Below the pieces are notes generated by a model. It searched no databases and had not been told where the DNA came from. It saw only the letters and a program-made list of their open reading frames with translations. Source: a bacterium (GTDB lineage Bacteria; Electryoneota; JAOADG01). Taken from it: a DNA stretch of 64,000 nt. The stretch covers positions 4,160,001 through 4,224,000 of the forward strand of contig OY820579.1 in NCBI GenBank assembly GCA_963681965.1, in the 5' to 3' direction. Made by a program: the position numbers and the translations under genes. Positions 18,538 through 29,052 of this stretch are shown piece by piece. The first letter of the stretch is position 1. Each line of letters begins with the position of its first letter.

Positions 18538-20313
18538 GTGAAAACACTTTGGCGGCTCACTGGCATCACGCTTCTATTGTATTTGCGTACATTAACGTCA
18601 GGTTTACCACCCATCGACGTGGGCGAATTCATCGGTTGCGCCAAGACATTCGGCATCCCGCATCCGACCGGATATCCGATTTATTTGCTGGTTGCACGTC
18701 TGTTCGCGATGCTTCCGATCGATACGATTAAAGCACTTTCGATCCTTTCGGCGTTGGCGGCAACTGCGAGCTTCTTCTTTCTGGCGTGGGCAGCGAAAGA
18801 CGAGTCGAAAGACCGTGATGGTTGGTGGTTGGTGCTACTGTATCCGATCACGGCACTAGTCTGGAATAGCGCGATTCGTCCCGAAGTATATGCCTTCAAT
18901 CTATTTTTTCTAGCCGGTGCGCTCTGGTCGGGGTTCCGGGTCTGGAACGGAAATCGACGCGCCGCGATTCATTTCGGTCTCTTCAGCGGGCTGGCTGCCG
19001 TCACGCACCTTTCCTCCGGCTATCTCCTGCTCCCACTCTGGCTGGGATTGTTGCTCAAAACCGATAGTCGCCGACAATTGTTGAGTCCGATTCCCATTTT
19101 TGCGGCACTGATTCCGATCACTTCTCATCTGATATTACCGCTCCGGCAATTGACCGGACACCCGCCGTATACGTGGGGCGATTTCACTTCGATCGATGGC
19201 TGGTGGCGCCACGTTTCCGGCTGGCAGTATCGTGTCTGGCTCTTCGAATCGAGTCAGGTATGGCAAGATAATTTGATCGATTTCCTCAAGACGTGGGCGC
19301 CGCGCATGGGCATTTTGGCGCTAGCCGGACTCTATTTCCTGTTCCGCGACGATTGGCGGCGGGGCTTCTGGATCCTCAGTATGTTGGTGTTTCCGGTCAT
19401 CATGATTTCCGGATATCGCATTCCCGATCTTGACACTTATTATCTTCCGGTATATTTAATTTCGATTTGGCTCGGTTGCTATGCGGCGAACAAATTGCCA
19501 CTGGAGCGGATCAAGCAGTGGTGGCTGGCACCTGCCGTGTTGGGTGTGGCGGTGCTGTTGCTGGGGTGGTGGCAGTATCCCGCCGATACCCGCGCTGAGG
19601 ATCGCCGGCAGATGACGTACGCAAATGCCCTGCTGGCGCAGCTTCCCGCGCCGTGCGTGTTGTTCAGTTCCGATTGGGAAATTGTGGTCGGACCATTGCA
19701 GGGACTCATTGCACAGGGGTATCGCAGCGATGTCGCGGTGATCGATATTGAATTGATGCGACGTTCGTGGTACATCGAAAGTTTGATGAAACGATATCCA
19801 CATTTTTGTCGTGGCAGTCTGAATGAATTGAATGATTTGATTCCGGCGTTGCGAAAATTCGAACGCAAGGAAGAGATTTCGTCGGAGACGCTCGAGCAAC
19901 TTTACCGCCGTGCGATTTGGTCGTTGATGGTGAACAATATCGCCGGTTCTGCCGTCTGTTTCACGTACGATGTGCAGCCACCGGCTCGCGGTTTGAACGG
20001 GATTCCGTTGTTTACCGTGCCGCTGCTGCTGTTTTCACGGGTACAGACTTCGAATGTGAATTACGTCGCCGAAATCGAAGGGCTGAAGATCGATGCCTTG
20101 TATGAGAATCCGGCGGGTACCCGGATCGATTATCGTATTCGTGAGAAGGTCGCGACCAGTCTGCTCCAGCGCGCAATTTTCCTGTTCAAACAGGGGTATC
20201 GATCCGAGGCATTCGAGGTCGTGAAGTATGCGAAGAATGTCAAACCGGAAGAGGGGAGTCAGTTCTGGACGATGGTCAATCTCCTCGAACGCGAAGAGGG
20301 TCGCAAATATTAA
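18538..20313 (+). CDS. DUF2723/TMEM260-like GT-C membrane glycosyltransferase
   Basis: DVGEF, GIPHPTGYPIY, EVYA, multiple TM helices, C-terminal TPR-like helices; GGAGG RBS. Confidence 0.8.
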   Translation: MKTLWRLTGITLLLYLRTLTSGLPPIDVGEFIGCAKTFGIPHPTGYPIYLLVARLFAMLPIDTIKALSILSALAATASFFFLAWAAKDESKDRDGWWLVLLYPITALVWNSAIRPEVYAFNLFFLAGALWSGFRVWNGNRRAAIHFGLFSGLAAVTHLSSGYLLLPLWLGLLLKTDSRRQLLSPIPIFAALIPITSHLILPLRQLTGHPPYTWGDFTSIDGWWRHVSGWQYRVWLFESSQVWQDNLIDFLKTWAPRMGILALAGLYFLFRDDWRRGFWILSMLVFPVIMISGYRIPDLDTYYLPVYLISIWLGCYAANKLPLERIKQWWLAPAVLGVAVLLLGWWQYPADTRAEDRRQMTYANALLAQLPAPCVLFSSDWEIVVGPLQGLIAQGYRSDVAVIDIELMRRSWYIESLMKRYPHFCRGSLNELNDLIPALRKFERKEEISSETLEQLYRRAIWSLMVNNIAGSAVCFTYDVQPPARGLNGIPLFTVPLLLFSRVQTSNVNYVAEIEGLKIDALYENPAGTRIDYRIREKVATSLLQRAIFLFKQGYRSEAFEVVKYAKNVKPEEGSQFWTMVNLLEREEGRKY

Positions 20314-20319
20314 TTTTCA

Positions 20320-21247
20320 GTAGGTGCGGGCTCCCATGCCCGCCCGTATGTTTTATTTCCAGTAGGGGAGACCCTCCGCGGTCTCCCGTTCTTGTTACAT
20401 TTTTATCTTGTATCCTGCAGTACTGCCGATCTCCGAATCGGCTCTTGTATCTTTTCTTCTTTTCCCAATCCCTATCTCCCAAGACCTATCTTTTCAGTAG
20501 GGGCGGATCCCCGCATCCGCCCGTTTTTTTTCTTGTATCCTGTAGTACTGCCGATCTCCGAATCGGCTCTTGTATCTTTTCTTCTTTTCCCACCACCCAT
20601 TTTTTTAGTAGGGGCGGGCTCCCACGCCCGCCCGCATTTTTTTTTAATTTTGTCGTTGCGAATGCGCCGTTCGGCGCATGTGGCAACCCACTCTGTTCAT
20701 CGGTTGATCCTTCTTCTTTAGTATCTGCAATTGATTTTCGATTTGAGCAAAAAAAAAACAAATTTTAATAAATAGGAAACGCAGTCTAAAGCCTGCGGCT
20801 ACAAAGAAAACAGATACGGAAACAGAAAGCGGACTAATGGTTTTAACTAAATAGATAAACTTCGCTGAAGCGTTGGACTTTAGTTCATTCTCTGTTTCAT
20901 TTTTCAAGAATTGCAGATGGAAGACCGAAGCGACAAATCAGTGTGTCATGGTAGGGGCGGTTCGCGAACCGCCCGTAACAGTTGAATTGGCAGAATACGA
21001 AAATTAAAATATTGAATTAAAAGATGCGGGCGTTTTACCTTCACTGAGCGCTTCGCGGTTGCCATTAGCCCTACTGGGGCTTATGCACCAGACACGGGCG
21101 GTTCGCGAACCGCCCCTACCAAAGATGTATAGATAAAGAATGAACAGCCATAAGTCCGCTACCAAAAAAGATACAAGAAGAGTCGGAATAAATTCCGCGC
21201 CACATGAAAACAATTACTGATACAAACGGTGGTCAGAACAAGTTCTA
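20320..21247. repeat. Large mosaic REP-like cluster including a ~125-bp duplication
   Basis: More than 10 hairpins of several families, mostly + in the left half and - in the right half; GTACTGCCGATCTCCGAATCGGCTCTTGTATC occurs at 20420 and 20545. Confidence 0.85.
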
Positions 21248-22369
21248 CGGATTACATGTCGAATACACGATAGGATCGATCCGCAATAGCTCCTTCGGAT
21301 TGTAGCCGTGCGGCAGAGCAATCCCAAATTGTTTCGCATTCTTCAACTCGAAGCGCGCCTCGACTTCGGTCTTCACACCATTGTCAGAAATCTGGTAAGC
21401 TCCGGGCAACGCCGTCCGCAGATCGCCCAGCGAAGTCGGCAGCGAAAGCTCTTTCCCGGTCGAAATGGATTGCGGCGAAATTTCCTGATCCGGTTTCGTC
21501 GCTTCCATCGCCCCTTCCAAACCATCGACATTAATTAGAATCTGTTTCGGATCGGCACCCGGTTGCACCACGAAATCGAATTTCAACGAACCATTTTGCT
21601 CATGCCACTCGACATCGATCCCGGGCCAGACATTGCGATACGTCAAACCAGTGTAATTACGACAATGCGGTGCCCACTTCGTGGAATCCTTACCGATAAA
21701 ATAGTTATTCTTCCATGATAATTTGCCGCTCGTTACAACCGCTTCCGGTGTGGTATACTTCGACCGATCCACCACCGTGTCATACGGATCCTGCGCGAGA
21801 TGCTTTCGGTACCAGTCAACCAGTTGCTGCCGCTCGATCTGTGCCGGCGACATATCTTTGAAGCTATCCGGTTCGACGAATTGCAGATCGGAATCGATGG
21901 AAAATGTTATCGCTGAATTGCTGGTATCATTCAAGTTCGGAGGTCGGACACTCTTGTCCGACTCCATTAAAATTTTAGAAGTCGATTTTTCGGCAGCAAG
22001 TTGTTGCGCACTCTTCACGAATTTGAATTTGAGGACGTGCCCTTTCATCGGATAGCGCGGCGGGAATCGCCCCGCCATGCCGCCACGTGCCATCGGGTCT
22101 TCGATCGGTGGCTTGGTGGTGTCGCGAGTCATCGTCACCATCGTGATCCCTTCGCGTTCGAGGAACCATGTCATACCGTTGTGACCGATGCATTTGAACA
22201 GGACATGTGGATCCCACTGCCCTTTGTTCTCGGTAAAATTGAACCACTTCGGCGGTTCCTTCACCTTAGTAGGAATCGGTGCAGGTGATGTTTTATTTTG
22301 CGCCGAAGTGATAGTTGCCAGTATGAACAATATCGCTAGTGCGATCCCGATATGCACATTCTTTCGCAT
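21245..22369 (-). pseudogene. Secreted protein with the N-terminal domain of SBBP/beta-propeller surface proteins, apparently 3'-truncated
   Basis: Signal peptide; FTENKGQW, NYFIG..KW, YRNVWPGID, KFDFVVQPGADP, IDPIVYST then stop; such proteins normally continue YLGG into propeller repeats. Confidence 0.55.
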
Positions 22370-22482
22370 GTATAGTTTCCCTGAATTCAACTCGCCGCAT
22401 CTGCTCATAATAATCACATTCTCGTAATTTGTAGCCGGAAGTTTCAGCCTGCGTTTTATATTTCTCTTTCTCTGCAGGTGCA

Positions 22483-25400
22483 CTATGCACGATCGCCAAT
22501 TTCAATCGCACACCCGAGCACAAGTGACCAAATCACACCGCGTGCCAGTAAACCTGTGGCATTGCGTACCGCTTGGCAATAAAGTTGCAACTGCGCACTG
22601 TATCGCTCGACCAGAATTTGCGGATCGGTTACCGCATCGCTCTTGAAATCGATTACTATCCACTCTCTGCCGATCTGCGCCAGCAAATCGATTCGACCAC
22701 TCACCAGCGCCTCGCCGGAATGATAGAGCAGCGGATACTCGACTTGAAAATCACTGATGTACACTTGTTGCGCAAGTTCCGAATCGAGCCACTGGTGTGT
22801 CATCTGCCCGATACGCGTCGACCACTCCTGCCGTATCGTCGAAGTTAATTGCTCAGCGTCAAGCAACGTCAATTGCCGAGCAACGATTTGCGCGATTTGC
22901 TCATCGGTGGAAGAACGATCCACTCGCGCCAATACTTCGTGAATTGCAGTACCAAATATTCTGCCTAAATCGGTTTCTTCACCCGGTTGCAGACTTTGGG
23001 TGAATGTCGCTTCGTCATGGGTCACTGCGGTTGCCGACATTAGTGACAACGGCTTACTGAAGCGCAATGGTTCCGGATAGCAAATCTCGGTATCCGGCAA
23101 TTCACTCGTCGTTAAAGCGCCTGCGGCTGGAAGTGTGCGCCAGTCAATGCATTCGGATGTCTCAGCAGCGATGGCATTGCGGACAGCTTCGGAAAAATCG
23201 AGACTGCTACTCTTCTTTCGCGGCAAGAGTGGCAGAATTAACCGTTGCTTTGCGCGAGTACAAGCGACATAGAACAGCCGCTTTCGCTCCTCCTGCTCGC
23301 GTTCGCGATAACTGCTCAGCGCATCGCCGAATTGCAGCGTGCGGTACCACTCATTAAAATTGAGTTGCGTTTTTCCGGTCACGGGGTGATTCAGAATCAT
23401 CGGTGTCCGCTTCTCGCCCGGATCGCCCCAATACGGCGCACCGTGAACGAAAACCCACTCGAATTCCAATCCTTTTGCGCCATGCACCGTCATCATCCGC
23501 ACTGCCGACTCTTCCGGTATCGCCGGTGACGACAAGCGTTGCGCATCGTTCACTAACTGTCGCAACTGCTCCGACGCCGCCAGTAACGATGTTCCGACCG
23601 GCATTCGCCGCAAGAGCGTGAGCAATCCGTCGAGCTTCGCGCGCATCGCCGGACCACCATCGCGCCAACTCGCCAACACGATTCCAGTGCGATCGAATAA
23701 CTCCTGTGCAATCGATATTGGACTCCGTTCGAATGATTGCCGCGCCAACTCCGATAGCAGCGCGAGTGCATTCCGCAACAATGCCGGTGCCCCATCCGGC
23801 GCTGGTTCCAATTGCATCATCCGAACCGTGTCGTTTGCAAGATTGCTCGTTTCCAGCGACTTGCGCCACCACCACAGTTCCTTGTCGGGTACCGCGAACA
23901 ACGCACCGCGCAGTGCTCCCAGTAACGCGACTCCATCGCTCGGATCGGCAATTACCGCTAATGCATTGATCGCATCGCGAATTAAATCGTCATCGAAAAA
24001 TCCGCGATTCAATTGATTGATGAACGGAATTCGATAACTGCGAAACGCCTTTTCATACGTCGCCGCCGCACTGGATGTCGGCAACAGCAGCGCAATTTCC
24101 GACCAATTCACGGCACCTTTCGAATCGATTGGCAACGTACCCTTGTCGCGGCAGTGTGCCAGATACGCGGCAACCGCTTGTGCGGTGTTTCGCGTACCTT
24201 CGTCGGCGGAATACGACTCCTCGGCTGGTCCTTGTAGCAAGACAATTCCGGTTTTCGCCGTCGATTTATCGTCGTCGTTCGGAGCCACCATCACTGGCGG
24301 ATTCGCGTCAAAGATTTGGGCAAACAGTCGATTGAAAAAATCGATCAGCGTTTTCGTCGAACGGAAATTCGCCGACAGTTGCGAAATTGCCTCGACATTT
24401 TCCTGCTGTAAAGCGTCGTGCAATCGATCGCGAAATTGTGTGACATCGGCATTGCGAAACCCGTAGATCGATTGATTGCTGTCACCCACCACAAACAGCG
24501 TACGTTCGTTCGGAGTATGTTGCGCCGCGACGGCTTCCCACAGCGCCACTTGCCGTGGATCGCTGTCCTGTGCTTCGTCGAGATGAAGATGTTGAAACCG
24601 AATCGGAGCATGAGGAGTAGCATCTGGATTGGACAGAAATGCAATTGCCAATTCGATTAAATCGTCGAAGCGCGCCTCGCCGTTTGCCAGCAGCGCTGTT
24701 CGAAATCGCTCCGATAAATCCTGCAGCGGTCGTTCCCAGCGTCCCGCCTCCCGCGCCGCGAGCAGATTTCGCCACTGCAATGCCGCATCGATCCAACCTG
24801 CGATCAGCTCTCTAGCTCGAGTAAGTGTGTCGGGATCGATCCAACTACTTTTCGCACCAGTTTTCTTGAAGCTGCGAACCGCGCCGGTTCCAGTGAGCGC
24901 AAAGGTACTTAACCACTCCTGAATGTCGACCAGATACTCGGTGGAATTCTCGGTTGCCGATAGCTGCAATGTCGTCCATCCATCGAGTCCAAGTTGCATT
25001 CGTTGCGCTAGTTTGTCACGCACATCGCTGCACTGACGCAGGCAATTTCGAATGGACGATACAAGCTGCTCGACAGATTCAAACGATTGTTGAATTTCAC
25101 AGTCCGTCGGGGGAGCATCGAATTCAATACAGTTCAATTCAACCGCATGATCGGCAATACTGTTGCATAAATTCCGTGTGATCGCATCGACGGATATCGC
25201 ATCGACATGCAGCGTAGTAACGTCTTCGCGATGTCGCCACTCGTTCACGACCGCTGCCAACCGGCGTGACAATTCCAGATCATCGATTACTTGCAATTCC
25301 GGATCGATACTTGCCGTGAGCGGTGCTTGTTTGATCAGATGCAACGCGAAAGAGTGAATTGTACCGACAAACATCCGTCGTACCGACCGAATCTGTTCCG

Positions 25401-25659
25401 GCGAAATCGGTGCAGTATCCGTATCGGTCGCACGTGCGCGCAATCGGGCTATCACCCGCTTCTTCAATTCGCCTGCCGCTTTTTCGGTAAATGTGATCGC
25501 GACAATGGATGCCGGATCGATTCCCGATGCAATCATATTCGCAATGCGGGTCACGAGTACTTCGGTTTTTCCGGCACCGGCACCGGCAGAAAGCCAAATC
25601 GTCTGTGGTGGCGTAGCAGTTGCGCGTTCGCGTTCGGCAAGATCGGGTAGCCTATTCAT
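22483..25659 (-). CDS. addA: AddA-like UvrD helicase with C-terminal PD-(D/E)XK nuclease
   Basis: AGAGAGKT, ITFTEKAAGEL, TIHSF, DEAQD, VGDSNQSIYGFR, NFRS, MTVHGAKGLE, FYVACTRA, GRIDLL..IDFKS. Confidence 0.85.
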   Translation of the reverse strand: MNRLPDLAERERATATPPQTIWLSAGAGAGKTEVLVTRIANMIASGIDPASIVAITFTEKAAGELKKRVIARLRARATDTDTAPISPEQIRSVRRMFVGTIHSFALHLIKQAPLTASIDPELQVIDDLELSRRLAAVVNEWRHREDVTTLHVDAISVDAITRNLCNSIADHAVELNCIEFDAPPTDCEIQQSFESVEQLVSSIRNCLRQCSDVRDKLAQRMQLGLDGWTTLQLSATENSTEYLVDIQEWLSTFALTGTGAVRSFKKTGAKSSWIDPDTLTRARELIAGWIDAALQWRNLLAAREAGRWERPLQDLSERFRTALLANGEARFDDLIELAIAFLSNPDATPHAPIRFQHLHLDEAQDSDPRQVALWEAVAAQHTPNERTLFVVGDSNQSIYGFRNADVTQFRDRLHDALQQENVEAISQLSANFRSTKTLIDFFNRLFAQIFDANPPVMVAPNDDDKSTAKTGIVLLQGPAEESYSADEGTRNTAQAVAAYLAHCRDKGTLPIDSKGAVNWSEIALLLPTSSAAATYEKAFRSYRIPFINQLNRGFFDDDLIRDAINALAVIADPSDGVALLGALRGALFAVPDKELWWWRKSLETSNLANDTVRMMQLEPAPDGAPALLRNALALLSELARQSFERSPISIAQELFDRTGIVLASWRDGGPAMRAKLDGLLTLLRRMPVGTSLLAASEQLRQLVNDAQRLSSPAIPEESAVRMMTVHGAKGLEFEWVFVHGAPYWGDPGEKRTPMILNHPVTGKTQLNFNEWYRTLQFGDALSSYREREQEERKRLFYVACTRAKQRLILPLLPRKKSSSLDFSEAVRNAIAAETSECIDWRTLPAAGALTTSELPDTEICYPEPLRFSKPLSLMSATAVTHDEATFTQSLQPGEETDLGRIFGTAIHEVLARVDRSSTDEQIAQIVARQLTLLDAEQLTSTIRQEWSTRIGQMTHQWLDSELAQQVYISDFQVEYPLLYHSGEALVSGRIDLLAQIGREWIVIDFKSDAVTDPQILVERYSAQLQLYCQAVRNATGLLARGVIWSLVLGCAIEIGDRA

Positions 25660-28576
25660 CGGTACCCTCCGCAACCGGTTTTCTCGAAGCAGTTAACCGA
25701 AATTGGATTCCGGTCAGCGATGCAATCCGCGCCTCATCGATTGCATCCGGTTCGAGTACGCGTTCGCCGCAGACTGTCGCAAATGGACAACGATCGCACT
25801 CCTCTTTCAACATGCCATGTGCAGGCATCGGTTGTGGTGTCGGTGCGAAATTGCCGCTGCGAATTCCGTCGACAATCCCAACCAGCAATTCACTTGCCTG
25901 TTCGCACAACATCTGCAACTCAATTCCGCTACAGCGGACATTTCCCGGTTTGTGCGGATTCAAATACATCCAGGCAACTTCATCGACACTGCCCCAGTCT
26001 GCTGCTTCGGCTGCCAGCTTGTACAGCGGTCCTTGCAGAATTCGAGTCGCGGAAAATGTCAATTCTTTCGGTGGTGGCAATCTACCCGTCTTGTAATCGA
26101 TAATGCGCAATCGCTTGGCATCGCCGTCAAGCATCAGCGTTTGTACTAAATCGACGCGACCGCGAAAATGAATCGTCGCATTGTCCAACACTACTTGTTG
26201 TGCGACTTTATCGCGTGCAAACTCCTTTTCCACTTCTTGACCGACCGGTCGCTCGGTAAATTCATCACACAATTTCCGCCATGTTTCCAGTCGCGTTCGA
26301 ACAGTCCTGTGAATCAGCGCGCGTTCGATCGGGTCGCGTTTCGCATCGGGAATGTGTTCCTGATCGAGTGCCTGTGCGATGCACTGTTCCCAATCTGCCG
26401 CATCGGCTTGTGCCGCTTCACCACGCCAATTCTCCAGAATCTTGTGTACCACCGATCCCACTTGCCGATCGTAACGGTCGTCGCGATCCACCAGTTGCAA
26501 TGGTAGCAGATAGCGGAAAAATCCTCGCAACGGACAACTGAGAAAATCTTCGAATGACTGTACCGAACGCAGTCGAGTAATCTCGGTTTCGCCGATTTCA
26601 GTCGGTGAGATATTTCCCCATTGATCGACTGCAACCAGAGGTGGAATCGGTACCGATGGGGGTAACGCTATCATGCAATCGGCGGCAATTGAATGACAGC
26701 GACTGATCAGAATTTCTTTTTGCGAGAGTGCGACTGATTTCAACAAATCGATTCGCTCGACAATTTCGGTATGTTCCTGTTCACCGATCGATTTCTGGAA
26801 ATCGGAATAGTGAGGCGATTCCGGTTGTTCGCGACCGCTGCCAAGTTGAAATCGATTCCGGCTGATAACGATGCGGTCGCCTTGCGCAACCGCCATCGCA
26901 AATAGCCATGACGCTTCGTCTTCGCGATCGGAACCAGTTCCGAAAATCGGAAAACGGTGTTGCCGATTCCAGGCAGTGCGCAATATTTCCGGTAAAATTG
27001 GACTATCGACAACTCCGGAAATCCCAATGCCACCACCTGGCGCTAACACTACCCGGAACAGCGCACCACGCAACGCATGGATCGATCCGACCAACACACC
27101 ACCGGGCTGGTTATTGTTCGATATTTGCGCCTTTGCCAATGCCGATCGTACCAGCGACAACCACTCGCCGAAGGCTAGCCGCGGTTCTTCGACGATCCAG
27201 CTTTTCGAAGTTAGAAGAGTGGACGTAAAAATTTCGAGTGCTTCGCGTTCGCATGGCGACTGGCAGTCGTCTCTACGCCACCATTTCGCCGATGCACTTA
27301 ATAATAAATCGATTTTTCGATCGAGCGAATCGGTCGCGAATATTCCCTTGACTGCCAGAATCGACTGTGCTTCCGCCAGCGGCATGCGCTTTGACAGTCG
27401 TTCCAGTCGATCGGGTATCGCCGTGCTTTTACCGAGATATGATTCATTCAATATTTTATTCAGTTGCTCAGTCGACATCGCACAACCGATTGCACGCAGC
27501 ATTCCGCCCACTGTTTCGGGACGTTCCGGATCGGCAAACCATTCCCACAACAACTGACTGCGCCGACCAATTCCGGTGCGGAGAAACGATTCACCTTCGA
27601 GAAATTGCAATGGTACTTCAACCCGCTCGGAGTACTCCCGCAAGACTTCCAAATATGGATCGGTGGTGGCAAGGACAATTGCCTGTTCATGGAAAGGAAT
27701 GCCCTCTACCATTGCCAGCTTTACACTATAGCGGAGCAATGCATCGATCTCACCTGCTTCATCGCCGGCAACCACGGTATGGCATCCGGTTGCGAGCGGT
27801 TGCCCCGACAGACGTTCCACGATGCGATCCGACGAAATCGAATCGCTTGCTGCATCTCCGAATAGATGTTGTAGCAGCGGCATCATCCGCCGGGAATATT
27901 CGGCATAGTCGCTTCGGGAAGTCGGCAGCAGAAAGTGAAGTTGCAAGTTGTTACGTTTGAGAAATTGAACCAGCGCGACAAAATAATCGATTTGCGATGG
28001 TGCAAAATCGTAGAATCCGGCAAAAATCATATTACCGGAATAGATCGGATCGAGGTCGGATGGTTGCGATTGTGCCAAGATACGTGCCGCTTCACGGAAG
28101 CGCCGGGCGCGGTACCCGATCCCGATCGATTCCGCGAATGTTCTTAATTCGAGTAGTGTCTTCGCCGTCGATTGCAGCGGTTCGTCGATGCCCGCCGGGA
28201 CTTGTTTGACATCCGCTTCCAGTAACTCTTCGGCGGCACTCAGCAAGGTTCGTGCACCACTATTATGAATTCGTAATAGAGCCAGCGGATGTCCGTCCGG
28301 CAGATTGCGTAACCACCGGCGCAGTTTCAGCAGTGCAATTTCAGTTGGAGTTTTTTGAATGGTGAGTTGGAACCGTTCGATTAACGCGTTCAGTGTGACA
28401 ATTTCGACACCGATCAAACTTCTGCCGGGACTGGCGAGCAAAAACCGCAACACCCGCTCGCGCATCGTTCGATCGGGAACGACGATCGTGCAGCGCTTGC
28501 GCTCAGATTGCGCGCGGGTCAATTCGTCGACAACCGCCGAATACAGTGCTTCGACTGCGACCAGACGCCAGCTCAT
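25652..28576 (-). CDS. addB: AddB-like subunit (degenerate helicase + Fe-S PD-(D/E)XK nuclease)
   Basis: AGFYDF, CPLRGF, GRVDLV, IIDYKTG, ILQGPLY, CDRCPFATVC (4-Cys Fe-S staple). Confidence 0.8.
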   Translation of the reverse strand: MSWRLVAVEALYSAVVDELTRAQSERKRCTIVVPDRTMRERVLRFLLASPGRSLIGVEIVTLNALIERFQLTIQKTPTEIALLKLRRWLRNLPDGHPLALLRIHNSGARTLLSAAEELLEADVKQVPAGIDEPLQSTAKTLLELRTFAESIGIGYRARRFREAARILAQSQPSDLDPIYSGNMIFAGFYDFAPSQIDYFVALVQFLKRNNLQLHFLLPTSRSDYAEYSRRMMPLLQHLFGDAASDSISSDRIVERLSGQPLATGCHTVVAGDEAGEIDALLRYSVKLAMVEGIPFHEQAIVLATTDPYLEVLREYSERVEVPLQFLEGESFLRTGIGRRSQLLWEWFADPERPETVGGMLRAIGCAMSTEQLNKILNESYLGKSTAIPDRLERLSKRMPLAEAQSILAVKGIFATDSLDRKIDLLLSASAKWWRRDDCQSPCEREALEIFTSTLLTSKSWIVEEPRLAFGEWLSLVRSALAKAQISNNNQPGGVLVGSIHALRGALFRVVLAPGGGIGISGVVDSPILPEILRTAWNRQHRFPIFGTGSDREDEASWLFAMAVAQGDRIVISRNRFQLGSGREQPESPHYSDFQKSIGEQEHTEIVERIDLLKSVALSQKEILISRCHSIAADCMIALPPSVPIPPLVAVDQWGNISPTEIGETEITRLRSVQSFEDFLSCPLRGFFRYLLPLQLVDRDDRYDRQVGSVVHKILENWRGEAAQADAADWEQCIAQALDQEHIPDAKRDPIERALIHRTVRTRLETWRKLCDEFTERPVGQEVEKEFARDKVAQQVVLDNATIHFRGRVDLVQTLMLDGDAKRLRIIDYKTGRLPPPKELTFSATRILQGPLYKLAAEAADWGSVDEVAWMYLNPHKPGNVRCSGIELQMLCEQASELLVGIVDGIRSGNFAPTPQPMPAHGMLKEECDRCPFATVCGERVLEPDAIDEARIASLTGIQFRLTASRKPVAEGTDE

Positions 28577-29016
28577 CAATGAGTCCGGTTGCGGCGTCGA
28601 CGCAGATCGAGCAACACATCGAGAAAGAATTTTTTCGACGGTTGAAAATCCTGGCGTAGAAATCGTACCGATTTCAACACCTCGATTTCATCCGGCGAGA
28701 TATTGTATAGAATCCGCGCTTCCTCGTCGTGCAGCAGTTCATTGAGTTCCGGATACGTGCCATAACCCGGTTCTGCGTGCGCTTCGGTAGTGCCCGGTTC
28801 GTAACTCGATAGCAAATCGCTCGGTTTGCAATCCATCGCTTTGGCGAATCGAACGATCAAATCTACTGTCGGTGAACTTTGTCCCCGCTCCAGATTCGAG
28901 ATATAGGGGCGCGTCACCATCGCGCGTTCAGCGAGTTCCTGTTGCGACAATCCGCGCTCTTCCCGCATCTGCCGGATGTGTTCGCCTAGCCCTTTGTTAT
29001 CGCGTTTGTGTTCCAT
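28576..29016 (-). CDS. XRE-family HTH transcriptional regulator
   Basis: REERGLSQQELAERAMVTRPYISNLERGQSSPT; TGATG overlap with addB. Confidence 0.9.
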   Translation of the reverse strand: MEHKRDNKGLGEHIRQMREERGLSQQELAERAMVTRPYISNLERGQSSPTVDLIVRFAKAMDCKPSDLLSSYEPGTTEAHAEPGYGTYPELNELLHDEEARILYNISPDEIEVLKSVRFLRQDFQPSKKFFLDVLLDLRRRRNRTH

Positions 29017-29052
29017 TCCCGTGCTCTCCCGTTTATCTTCCTGCTAATTCTG

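Noticed and set aside
20276-21213. Short ORFs over repeat clusters (also 33049-33565, 37775-37957, 43991-44756, 56154-56695, 61222-61723)
   Set aside because: They translate REP and heptamer DNA (VGRNLFR, VAQASEPA, RGGSRTAR recur), lack RBSs and show no coding signal
25652-28576. Fe-S PD-(D/E)XK domain as Cas4 or an antiphage helicase-nuclease pair
   Set aside because: Size, order and motifs match ordinary AddB/AddA
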